This document shows positions 1 to 11,494 of a stretch of 64,000 nucleotides of DNA, one piece after another (within the stretch, counting starts at the first letter, position 1; the number at the start of each line of letters is the position of its first letter). The notes under the pieces are model-generated. The model was not told the DNA's origin and did not search any database. It saw nothing but the letters and a program-made list of their open reading frames with translations. Both the position numbers and the translations under genes were made by a program. This stretch comes from an uncultured Planctomycetaceae bacterium (GTDB taxonomy: Bacteria; Planctomycetota; Planctomycetia; Isosphaerales; Isosphaeraceae): contig CAWIAD010000002.1 of assembly GCA_963833985.1 (NCBI GenBank), forward strand, positions 5,824,001-5,888,000. The letters are read 5' to 3'.

Positions 1-1402
1 CTGGCGGCGGATCTCCTGCCAGAGGGCCTCGACGTGACCGCGTTCGGTCCACTCGGCGCCGATGGAGACGCGGACCATCCAGCGGCTGTCGAGGATCGCG
101 GGAGTGAGGTAGGCTGCGCCCGAGCGATTGACGCGGTCGGCCCAGCCCAGGGTGTGCGCGTCCAGCGCCTCTCCCTCCAGTCCGGCGGGTTCATGGCGGA
201 TGCAGACCGTTTGCAGTATGACGGGCGCGAGCACGCGCCAGCCGGGGCAGGACCGCACCTGCCCGGCCAGCCAGCGCACATTTTCGATGTCGCGGCGGAG
301 CCGCGCCTGCAAGGCCGCCACGCCCTCGGTACGAAGCAAGGCCCAGAGCTTCAGTGCCCGGAACCGGCGGCCGAGGGGGATACCCCAGTCGCGGAAGTTC
401 TTCACCTGGCCGTCGGCGGTCGACTGAAGGTAGCTGGGATTGGTCGACATCACGCGGATCAGGTGCTCCGGGTCGCGGACGAAGTAGAGCGAGCAATCGA
501 ACGCCGCGCCCAGCCACTTGTGGGCGTTGAGCACCAGCGAGTCGGCGTTCTCGATGCCCTGCCACATCCAGCGGCATTCGGGAAGGATCATGGCCGATCC
601 CGCCATGGCGGCATCCACGTGCAGCCAGAGGCCGTGGGACCCCGCGATCCGAGCAATGTCTTGCAACGGGTCGACCGCGGTGGTGGTCGTGGTCCCGGTC
701 GTGGCGACAACGGCGCAGGGCGTCTTGCCCTGGTCCCTGTCGCGGAGGATGGCGGCGTCCAGCGCCTCCGGCCGCATCGCGTAAGTGTCGTCGCAGGCAA
801 TGAGGCGGAGATTGTCGCGGCCGAACCCCGCCAGCAGCGCGGCTTTCGCGACGGAGCTGTGCGCCTGCTCCGAGCCGTAGACGACCAGCGGTCTGGCCCG
901 TTCCGACAGACCGCCCCGGCTCATCGCAAAGCCGCTCGAAGCGTTCGCGCGCGCAGAGCAGCGCCACGAGGGTGGAGGTGGACGCCGTGTCCTGGATCAC
1001 ACCGCTCCAGCCACAGGAGAGCCCGACGATCTGGCGCATCCAGTCAGTGACGACCTCCTCGACCTCGGTGAGCGCCGGGCTGGACTGCCAGGAGAGCCCC
1101 AGCACACCCAGACCGGTGCTCAAGAAATCGCCAAGCACACTGGATAAGGAAGCATTGGCCGGAAAGTAACCGAAGAAGCTGGGATGCTGCCAGAGAGAAA
1201 GCCCCGGCAGAATGATCTGCTCGAGATCGCGGAAGATTGCTTCGAATTCTTCCGCGGTCTCGGGTGGGCCGGCGGGCAGTTGTGCCTTCACCTCGCCGGG
1301 AGACACCCGAGCCATCACGGGCCGCTGCTCCAGCGTGGCACGGTCATGCGCAATCCAGTCGATGAGCTGATGGCCAATGATCCGGAATTCCTCGGGCGTC
1401 AT
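1..1402 (-). CDS. PLP-dependent aromatic L-amino acid decarboxylase (group II); frameshift near 940; runs off window start
   Basis: N-terminus MTPEEFRIIGHQLIDWIA and WQHPSFFGYFP. After a frame change near 940 it reads VYGSEQAHSSVAKAA, HVDAAMAG and the PLP-lysine motif VLNAHKWLG (~510-535). Confidence 0.9.
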
Positions 1403-2326
1403 GAATCCCCCGGTCGTCGAGGTCGCTGACTGCGTGGCTCAGACCTACTTCCAGCATAACCATCCCGTAGGTGCCGCGCCGCGCCGATCCTGTCGTGCCC
1501 CGCCTCTCTCCTGTTGCAAGCGCAACGGAACGAATTGATGCGATTGATAGGTATTTGGATCTCGCACCTTCACCCGGAGCGCGCACGGCAATGTTGCATT
1601 CGCCGCATGTTGTTTGAAATCAACAAAACGATGCGTTGCCGTAACTTCGCTTGCCGACTCTTGCGGTGCTGCGGGCGGGTCCATCCGAGCACACTCTCAT
1701 GGTAAAGCCCGATTCAGTGGGACTTTAGGTCGAAGGATTCTGACCGGATCGGCCACCTTTGATTGTTTTAAGAAACGCCACAATAATTTTGTTTGCATCC
1801 AAAGAGGGCTCCGTTCTAGAATGGCCGCTCTCCCGCAGCAGGAGTTGCTTGCTCCTGAAATCTGATTAGAGAAGTGCATCTCCAAATGTGGATCTTACAG
1901 GCAATCGCTCTTTTACGTGTTGGTCCTCTCCGAAAACATACGGTTCCTAGACCTTGATGATCACCTGCTCGTGATTGCACACGCTAACGGTTCCGGTTTT
2001 TGAGGCGCTGACGGTCTGGTTGTTGGGTTACTTAGTCCACTGATCGCCCTCTCCACACAAGCGCCCCTCGGATTCCGGAACAACACAAGTGCCGGTCGGG
2101 ATCTTCCGGCCCGGTGCTACTCAGTCGATCGGGAAACTCGTGTTCCTCCAGTGACGTGCCGGAAACGGCCGAGGCACGCCGCGGGACGTTTCGTTCGCCC
2201 GGTCCGCTCGGGCCGGTGAACGAAGCCGAATGGTGTGGGCAGAGAACCATGAGATAGCCAGGCGCCAAACCGACAAGTTGAGCGACCGTGGAAGACGGTC
2301 TTTGACGATATTGCAAGGGGCAAGCA

Positions 2327-5300
2327 ATGATCGCCAATGATTCCTTCGATTTCTTCTGTGTGACACCCTGCGGTCTGTGGGACCCGGGCATTGCCATTGC
2401 AGCCGCTCGTGCGGGCGCAATCGGCATACTCGATCTCACTTACGCAAGCGAGGCCGCGGGCGTGCCGGAACCGGTGGAGCGGCTTTCCAGGCTCGCGCAG
2501 TGGGCGCCACGGCCTGTTGCTGCACGGCTGGCTGGGAGAGGTTGGCTCAAGGGCGCTGGAGGTCCTCGCACATGCCGAGGCGATCCTGCTCACCTGCGAG
2601 CCTCTGGACGTACTGGCAGGCACGCTTGCCGCCTGCCGCCCGGCAGCGCGTCGAGTGGGACTCATCGTCACCAGCGAGCCCGAGGCGCGAAGGGCCGCGG
2701 AGCTCGGCTTCGACTTCGTCGTGGCCAAGGGGCACGAGGCGGGGGGACGGGTCGGGGAGGAGACGACGTTCGTGCTGCTCCAGCGGCTGGTGCCGCTGTT
2801 GGGGCTGCCCGTTTATGCGTGGGGCGGCGTCGGGCCGGCCACCGTTGCGGGCTGCCGAGTCGGCGGCGCGGCCGGCGCGGTACTCGACTGGCAGCTCGCA
2901 CTGGCCCGGGAATCCTCGCTGCCCCCGGCGCTGCGGCGTGCGGTGGCGGCCATGGACGGCAGCGAGACGACAACAGTTCTCTGTCCGGGGGGCGGGTCCT
3001 TCCGTCTCTTCGCGCGGGCTGCCACCCCTGCCAGGGACCAGCTTGCGGCCCTTTCCGAAAAGCTGGCCGCCGAGGACTCCACCGATTCCGAGGCCTGGGA
3101 CCGGACCATCAGCCGTCTGATGAGCGAGCCGCGCATCAGCAGCCGGCTCTGGGCCATCGGCCAGGACGCCGCCTTTGCGTCCCATCTGGCGGGCGAGGTC
3201 TCTTCAGTCGCGCGGCTTCTCGACCAGTTCCGTGAACCGATCGCCGCCCTGGAACGCGGCGAGCTTGAAGCCGACGTTCTGGGGCCTGGTGCCCCGCTGG
3301 CCCGGTCGCACGGCACGGCATACCCGATCTTACAGGGGCCGATGACGCGCGTCAGCGATGTACCCGAGTTCTGTGCGGCCGTGGCCGACGCAGGGGGGCT
3401 GCCGTTCCTGGCGCTGGCGCTGTTCCGAGAGGCACAGACACGCGATCTGTTGACGCGCACCGCGGCTTTACTGGCTGGCCGCCCCTGGGGCGTCGGCATC
3501 CTCGGGTTCGTGGACCGCGAGCTACGCGCCGAGCAGACGACCGCCGTGCTCGCGGCACGGCCGCCTTTTGCCATCATCGCGGGCGGCCGTCCCGACCAGG
3601 CGGCCGTCCTCGAAGCTGCGGGGATTACCACCTACCTGCACGTCCCCTCGCCCGACCTGCTGGCCAGCTTCCTCGAGGCGGGCGCGCGGCGGTTCGTCTT
3701 CGAGGGCCGGGAGTGCGGGGGCCACGTCGGCCCGCGAAGCAGCTTCGTGCTCTGGGAATCGATGATCCGCGTGCTGGTCCAGTCCGGGCTTCCAGATGCG
3801 GAGATGCGGAAGATCCACGTGGCGTTCGCGGGCGGCATCCACGACGCGACGAGCGGGGCGATGGTCGCGGCGATCGCGCAGCCGCTGGTGAAGCGCGGCG
3901 TGAATGTGGGCGCCCTCCTGGGCACCGCGTACCTCTTCACCGAGGAGATCGTCAGCTCGAACGCCATCGTTTCCCAGTTCCAGGAGATCGCCAGGAGCTG
4001 CGATCAGACCATCCTGGTCGAATCGGGCCCGGGACACGCCATCCGCTGCGCGGATACCAAGTACGTTCGCTACTTCGAGGCCCGCAAGGTCGAGCTGATG
4101 CGCGCAGGCCGTCCCCAGGAGGAGATCCGCGAGGAGCTCGAGGCGCTGAACATGGGGCGTTTGCGGATCGCCTCCAAGGGAATTGTCCGCCAGCCGGCAG
4201 CCGCGTCGGGCGGCGACGGACTGGTGCGTGTGGATATCCGCCAGCAGGAACGCGACGGCATGTACATGATCGGCCAGGTGGCCGCACTGCGGCGGAACAT
4301 CTGCACGATCGCGGAGATGCACCGCGACGTCTCTGCGGGTTCCGCCGGCCGGCTCGCGACCTGGACGAGCCTGCCCGCGGTTCCGCGGATCGACGTGGAG
4401 CCGTCTGCCCCGCCCCTGGAGATCGCCGTCGTCGGCCTCTCGTGCCTTGTGCCAGGCGCCACGACGATCACCGAGCTCTGGGACAGCATCATCCAGAAAC
4501 GCGACCTGATTGCCGAGATCCCCCCTGACCGGTTCGACGTCGACCGCTGGTTCGACCCCGACCGCGGCACCCGCGACAAGTTCAACAGCCGCTGGGGCGG
4601 CTTCCTGGCCGAGGTCCCGTTCGACCCGTTCAAGTTCGGCATCCCGCCGGCCGCCTTGCGGAGTATCGAGCCGGCGCAACTGCTGGCCCTCGAGGTGGTC
4701 GACCGCGTGCTCCGCGATGCCGGCTATCACGGCCGCAACCCTGCCAGGGCTCGCACCGGAGTGATCTTCGGTGTGTCGGGAGGAGCGGCCGACCTGGGCT
4801 TGAAGTATGGCTTCCGAGCCCTGCTTCCCCATTATTTCGAGAACCCCGGAGCGCTGCTGTGGGACCAGTTGCCCGAGTGGACCGAGGACAGCTTCGCGGG
4901 CATCCTCGCGAACGTGCTGGCGGGCCGGATCAGTAACCGGTTCGACCTGGGCGGCCCCAACTTCACGGTCGACGCGGCGTGCGCCTCGTCGCTGGCGGCG
5001 GTGTACCTGGGCTGCCGCGAACTGGCGGCCGGAACCAGCGACATGATGATCGTCGGCGGCTGCGACACGGTGCAGAACCCCTTCGCCTACCTCTGCTTCT
5101 CCAAGAGTGGTGCGCTCTCGCCCCGGGGCCGGTCGCGGGCATTCGATGCCAGCGCCGACGGCATCGTGATCAGCGAGGGGCTGGCGGCCGTGGTCCTCAA
5201 GCGGCTCGCCGACGCCGAGCGCGACGGCGATCGCATCTACGCCGTCATCCGGGCGGTGGCAGGCGCCTCCGACGGCCGCAGCAAGGGGCTCACCGCTCCC

Positions 5301-8300
5301 CGGCCGGAAGGCCAGATGCTCACGCTCCGCCGCGCGTACGCCCAGGCCGGCTTCGGACCCGAGACGGTCGGCCTCTTCGAGGCTCACGGCACCGGCACGG
5401 CGGTCGGCGACGCAACCGAGTGCCGGACACTGGCAAACCTGCTGGCCGATCGTGGGGCAGCCCCTCAGTCCGCGGCGGTGGGCAGCATCAAATCGATGAT
5501 CGGCCACACCAAGTCCACGGCCGGCGTCATCAGCCTGATCAAGACGTCGCTCGCCCTCTACCACCGGGTGCTCCCACCCACACTGCATGTGGAACGGCCG
5601 AACCCGAAAGCCGGCATGGACGGCGGAGCGCTCTACGTGAATACGGAACTGCGGCCGTGGATCCGCAACAGCCATCCCCGGCGGGCCGGCGTCTCGTCGT
5701 TCGGTTTCGGCGGCACGAACTTCCACGCCGTGCTGGAGGGCTACGAAGATCAGGCGGGCACGCCGGCGCGGGAGCCGGCCCACCGCAGCCGGTCGGCCGA
5801 GCTGGTCGTCCTCTCGGGCCGATCGACGGCGGATCTCGCCGCGCGGCTGCGCGGCCTTGCCGGCGACCTGAAGCGGGCCGTCGCGGGGGGAGCCAGGCTG
5901 GAGCTGGCCGATGTCGCCTATACCCTCTTCCGGCGCTCGCCGCTGGCGGCGGCCGGGCCCCGGGCCGCGATCGTGGCCACCAGCATCGACCAGCTCCAGG
6001 AAAAGCTGGCGGCCGCGGCCGACGGCCTGGAGGCAAACGAATCACCGCGTCCCGAAGCGCTGCTCCAGCGTGACTCCGGCCCGGCCTGGCTCGGTCGCGG
6101 CACACCGCTGGCCTTCCTGTTCCCGGGCCAGGGCGCGCAGTACCCGAACATGCTCCGCGAGCTGGCCACTGAGTTTGCCGAGGTCTCCAGCACCTTCGAG
6201 CGCGCCGACGCGATCCTGGGCGGAGCCTATCCCCGCCGGCTCAGCGAGCTCATCTTCCCACCCCCCGCGTTCAGCGACCAGGAGCGGCTCCAGGCGGCCG
6301 AGGCCCTGAAATCGACCGATGTCGCGCAGCCCGCGCTGGGGGCGTCCGGTCTGGCCCTGCTCCGCCTCATGGCCGCCTTCGGAGTCCGGCCCGACCTGGT
6401 CGGCGGACACAGCTACGGCGAGCTCGTGGCCCTGCACGCCGCTGGAAGCCTGGATGAAGCGACCCTGTTCCAGCTTTCGCTGGCCCGCGGCCAGGCGATG
6501 CATCGGGCGGCCGGCGGCTCCCCAGGTGCCGACGCCGGCACCATGCTCGCCGCCCATGCCGACCGCGGCGAGGTGCTCCGTGCGATCGAGGGCTGTGAGA
6601 ACGTGTGGGTCGCGAACCACAACAGTCCCCGCCAGACGGTGATCAGTGGGTCCAGGTCGGGGATCGCCGGCGCGGCCAGGCGGCTCGAGGCCGCGGGAAT
6701 CAACACCTCGGCCATCGCGGTGGCCTGTGCCTTCCACAGCCCGATCGTGGCCCCGGCCCGCGAGCAGTTCGAGCAAGCGCTGCGGCAAGCCGAGATCCGC
6801 CCCCCTGCCCTGCCGGTGTACAGCAACGTGACGGCCGCGGCCCACGCCGCCGATCCCGATCGGATCCGTGAGCTCCTGAGCGAGCAGATCGTCCGCGAGG
6901 TTCGCTTCGTCGACGAGGTGGAAGCACTTTACGAGGCGGGAGCGCGGGTCTTCGTCGAGCTTGGCCCCGGCGCGGTGGGAGCCAGGCTGGTGAGCCAGAT
7001 TCTCGGCGATCGGCCACACGTGTCGATCGGCTTGCAGGCGCGTGGGACCGGCGGGCTGGAGCCGTTCCTCCGCGGCCTGGCGGAACTGGTGCTGCATGGT
7101 GTCGAGGTCAACCTGGAGCGGCTCTACGAGGGCCGCCGGCTCGAACTCCTCGATCTTGGCAATCCGTCAGCACTTGCCCCGCCCGCGCTGCCCGCGCACA
7201 CCTGGTTGGTGGACGGTGGGTCGGCCCGGCCGATCGGCGAGCCACGGAAGCGAGCCCTCCGCGCAACCCTGGTGTCACCGGAAGAGGCCCGCAACGGGGC
7301 AAACGCGGCTGTGCAACCAGCCGGCAACGGGCACGCGCCGGCCGCGGCGCACGCCGGCCGGAGCAACGGTGAGCCCCGACACGTCGCGAACAACGGCCAC
7401 GATAGCGCACACAGCAACGGTAGCGCACGCAGCCACGGTGCCAGCAACGAGCAGGCAAGCCACGGCAACGGAACACACGACGATGCGGTGGCCCACAAGA
7501 ATGGGGCCAACGCCCATGCGGCCGCTCACCCCGGTGATTCGAGGCTCACGACCATGACAACGGCCAAGCTGAAAAACCCCGCGCCCTCCAACGGCCACTC
7601 CCACCCTCCGGACAGCGCAGCCCCCGAGTCGAGGTCCCAGGTTGTCCCGAACGGGCAGAAGACGAGCAACGGTTCCCCGCCGGCCCGGGTCCCCGATCAC
7701 CCGACCGGGGCACCGCTCCAGGCAGACCTGGATGCCTACGCCGATTTTCAGAGGACGATGAGGCGGTTCATCCGGGCCCAGAACTCGGTCCTCGAGGCCT
7801 TTTTCGATCGCGCCAGCTCCGGCGGAGCAGGCCTGGATCTCGGATTCGGCCAGGCGGCAACGGTTGTGCCGTTCGCGGTGAACGGGCATTCCGAAGCACA
7901 GCCTGCCGCCCAGGCAACACCATCGGTTGCAATCGACATCCCCCCCTTCATGCCGCAACCGGTGCGAAACGGCAGCACCCACGATGAAACGGCCGCGGCT
8001 CCGACTCCGGTCCAGCTTCAGCCAGTTGCACCCTCACTGCCGCCCCCGACCGCCACGGTTGTGACGAGTGGACTCGGCGTGGCGGAAGCGGAACACCTCC
8101 TGCTGGAGATCACCAGCGAGCGCACGGGTTACCCTGCGGAGATGCTGGGTCTGGACGCGAACCTGGAGGCGGAGCTGGGGATCGACTCGATCAAGCGGGT
8201 GGAGATCATCGGCGCGTTCCGTCGCCGGGCGTTGCCCGGACTTGGCGAGCCGCCGGGGTGGTTCATGGAGGAGATGAGCGCGGCGAAGACGCTGCGGGCG

Positions 8301-11300
8301 ATCCTCGCGGGGGTGGCGAAGCTGGGGGCCGCGGACGGCAGCGCGGCGGCGTCCCCGGTCGCACCACTGCTTGCGGCCGCGACGGTGCCGGGCCCGAGCC
8401 CCGCGGACGCGGAGGGCATGCTGCTGGAGATCACCAGCGAGCGCACGGGTTACCCCGCGGAGATGCTGGGTCTGGACGCGAACCTGGAGGCGGAGCTGGG
8501 GATCGACTCGATCAAGCGGGTGGAGATCATCGGCGCGTTCCGTCGGCGGGCGTTGCCGGGTCTTGGGGAGCCGCCGGGGTGGTTCATGGAGGAGATGAGC
8601 GCGGCGAAGACGTTGCGGGCGATCCTCGCGGGGGTGGCGAAGCTGGGAGCCGCGGACGGCAGCGCGGCGGCGCACCCGGTCGCACCACTGGTTGCGGCAG
8701 CAACGGTGCCGGGTCCGAGCCCTGCGGACGCGGAGGGCATGCTGCTGGAGATCACCAGCGAGCGCACGGGTTACCCGGCGGAGATGCTGGGTCTGGACGC
8801 GAATCTGGAGGCGGAGCTTGGGATCGACTCGATCAAGCGGGTGGAGATCATCGGCGCGTTCCGTCGCCGTGCGTTGCCCGGTCTCGGCGAGCCGCCGGGG
8901 TGGTTCATGGAGGAGATGAGCGCGGCGAAGACCTTGCGGGCAATCCTCGCGGGGGTGGCGAAGCTGGGGGATCAGCCATCCGCCGCTTCCACGACCGAGG
9001 TCGCAGCGCCGGTCGAGACGCGTGACCACCACGCCGGGATGACCCTGGATGCTTGCCCCAGGTGCGTGGCGGAAGCATTCGAGGAACCTCAGGGCGCCGA
9101 CGCATGCAGCGTCCTGCCCGAGGGCGTCTGGATTCTCACGGACGACGGTCACGGCTACGCGCCGATGCTGGCCCGGGAGATCGAGCAGGGGGGCGGCCGC
9201 CCGGTTCTCCTGCGGGATGCCGATCTGAGCACTCGCGAGGCGGTGGCGAGAGTTGTCGACCCCTTGCGGCAGGAAGGAATCGCCGGAGTCATTCATCTGG
9301 CGCCGCTCCGCCTGCGCCGAGCTTCCCGGGCATTGCGGCCGAGGACTGGGCCGGCCGCGTGAATATCGAATGGAAGGGTTTGCTGTTCTTGATGCAGGCC
9401 GTTGTGCCCGAGCTGCGCGCCGCGAAGAACGGGTCGTTCTCCGTCGTCGCCTTGACGAGCGGTGGTGCGCAGTTCGGGGGCGAACCCGAGCTGGAGCTGA
9501 CCTGCCCGTGGCGCGGAGGGATCGCGGGAATGCTCAAGACGGCGGCCCGGGAATGGCCCGAGGCGCGGTTCCGCACGGTCGACGCCGACGAGCTTCCGGA
9601 GCCGGCGGCCCTGCTTCTGGAACCGGTCACGAGCGGCTCCGTGGAGGTGGGCTACCGGGGAGGCCGCCGCTTCGCCTTGCGGGTCATACGAAAAGAAATG
9701 TCCCCCAATCCGGGGACGCTCGAAGGTGTCCTGGACGCACGTAGCGTTGTGCTCGTGACCGGCGGAGCCCAGGGCATCACGGGCGAGGTGGTCCGCGAGC
9801 TGGCCGCGCACTCGCGTGCGACGTTCGTCTTGCTTGGCCGCTCGCAGCCGCCCGCTGCCGCTGAGGACTCCGAGACCGCGGCGCTTTCGAGCGTCGCCGA
9901 GCTCCGGCAAGCCATTCTCAGCCGCACGCGACGGGAAGGCCTCACCCTCGTTCCCCAGCAGATTGAGGCGAGGCTCCAGCGATTGCTCAGGGAGCGCGAG
10001 ATCCGCGCCACCTTGAAGGCAATCCGGGCGGCCGGCTCGAACGTCGAGTACCTCTCGTGCGATGTGCGCGACGGCGCACAGCTCGAGGCGATCGTCGCGA
10101 TGGTTCGCGAACGGTTCGGGGAGATCGACGGAGTCATTCACGGAGCCGGCATCATCGAGGATCGGCTCATCGCCGACAAGCTGGTTGACTCGTTTGACCG
10201 GGTCGTGGGCACCAAGATCGATCCGCTGCTGACGCTTCTGCCCGTGCTGGATGCCGCGCGTTTGAGATTCATCCTGCTCTTCTCGTCGGTGGCCGGATTC
10301 TTCGGCAACCCGGGCCAGGTGGATTACGCGGCCGCCAACGAGACACTCAACCGCATCGCTGGGCGGCTCCGCCATCTGGGTTACAAGAAAGTGGTTGCGC
10401 TCAACTGGGGCCCCTGGACTGGCGCCGGGATGGTCAAGCCGGAAGTGGCGCGGCAATTCGAGTCGCGCGGGGTTCCCATGGTCACGGTGGAAGCCGGCCG
10501 GCCGGCGGTCCTGCGGGAGCTTGCCAGCCCGGGCGACGACGCCTGCGTGATCCTGGGGCCAGGCCCCTGGGTTGAGCCCGCGGATCGCATCCGCTCCCGG
10601 CGATCCTCGGCGGAATCCACGCCACTCCTTGCGGGGCATGCGCTGGCACACCTTGCGGGCAGCGTGGTGGAGGCCTCGGTCATTCTCGACCCGTCCCGCC
10701 AACCTTATCTCAACCACCATGAGATCGACGGCAAGCCGGTACTTCCCCTGGCCGTCGCCATGGAGTTGATGGCCGAGGCGGCCGCGGCCGCCGAGCCCGA
10801 ATGGCATGTCGTCGAGATCCAGAACGTGCGGATGTATTCGGGAGTGGTCATTGGCGGTCGACCGCGTACGGTCGCGGTCCGCGCCGAGCCCATCGTCCGG
10901 AGCGAAAGCGAGGGCGAGTGGCGGGTGCGCCTGACCGATCCGGCCCAGCCGGGTCGGCCGCTCTACGAGTCGATGGTGCGGATGGCCGCGCAGCGTCCCG
11001 TGCCGCCGCCGGCACCGGCCATCGATCGCATCGCCGATCCATTTACCATGAGCGCCGCGGAGACCTACATCCGCTGGCTCTTCCACGGCCGTCTGCTGTG
11101 GGTGATCGAGGATCTCAGGAGCCTCGACTCCAGCGGCATGGACGCGATTGTTCGTCCGTCGAGCCCGCAAGATTGCCTGGGCCGGCACGTCGGCCGCGGC
11201 TGGCTCATTGACCCCATCGTGCTGGATGCCGGCCCCCAGATCGCCACGTTCTGGAGCCGCAGGATGTATGACACGACCGTGCTGCCCAGCCGGATCAAGT

Positions 11301-11494
11301 CATTCGAGTGCTACGGCTCGATGGCGGGAGGGCCGCTGGAGATGATTCTTCGGGTGCACAACGTCGAGGCCGAAGGAAACCTCCTGGAGGCCTCGGTCTG
11401 GTACCTGCGGGACGGCCGCCTGATCGGCAAGATGGTGGGCCTGGAAAGCGCGGGGAATTCCAATTTGAACCGCATCACCGGGAGCCCGCGCTGA
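2327..11494 (+). CDS. Iterative type I PKS, PfaA/HglE-like: (FMN enoyl reductase/NMO-like) x2-KS-AT-ACP x3-KR-DH; frameshifts near 2500 and 9310
   Basis: Joins ORFs 2327.., 2391..9362 and 9053..11494. Motifs: AKGHEAGG and FEGRECGGH (FabK/PfaD-like); KS DAACASSL, EAHGTGT, KSMIGH; AT FPGQG, GHSYG, CAFHS; 3x LGIDSIKRVE; KR TGGAQGITG and YAAAN; DH HEIDGKPVLP. Confidence 0.9.
8100..8968 (+). repeat. Three near-identical ACP-coding repeats, 321-nt period
   Basis: Phosphopantetheine-acceptor Ser codons at 8187, 8508 and 8829. Copies differ mainly at synonymous sites. Confidence 0.95.

Noticed and set aside
34..1050. Long antisense or overlapping ORFs (e.g. 34..1050+, 3522..5783-, 9293..11188-, 44155..45171+)
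   Set aside because: Shadow frames of motif-bearing genes in GC-rich DNA, with no motifs of their own.
1403..2326. Short ORFs and a possible sigma-54 promoter in the divergent intergenic region
   Set aside because: No recognisable protein features, and no correctly spaced GG-N10-GC consensus found.
8100..8968. ACP repeats as a pure assembly duplication
   Set aside because: Copies carry distinct synonymous substitutions and linker differences.
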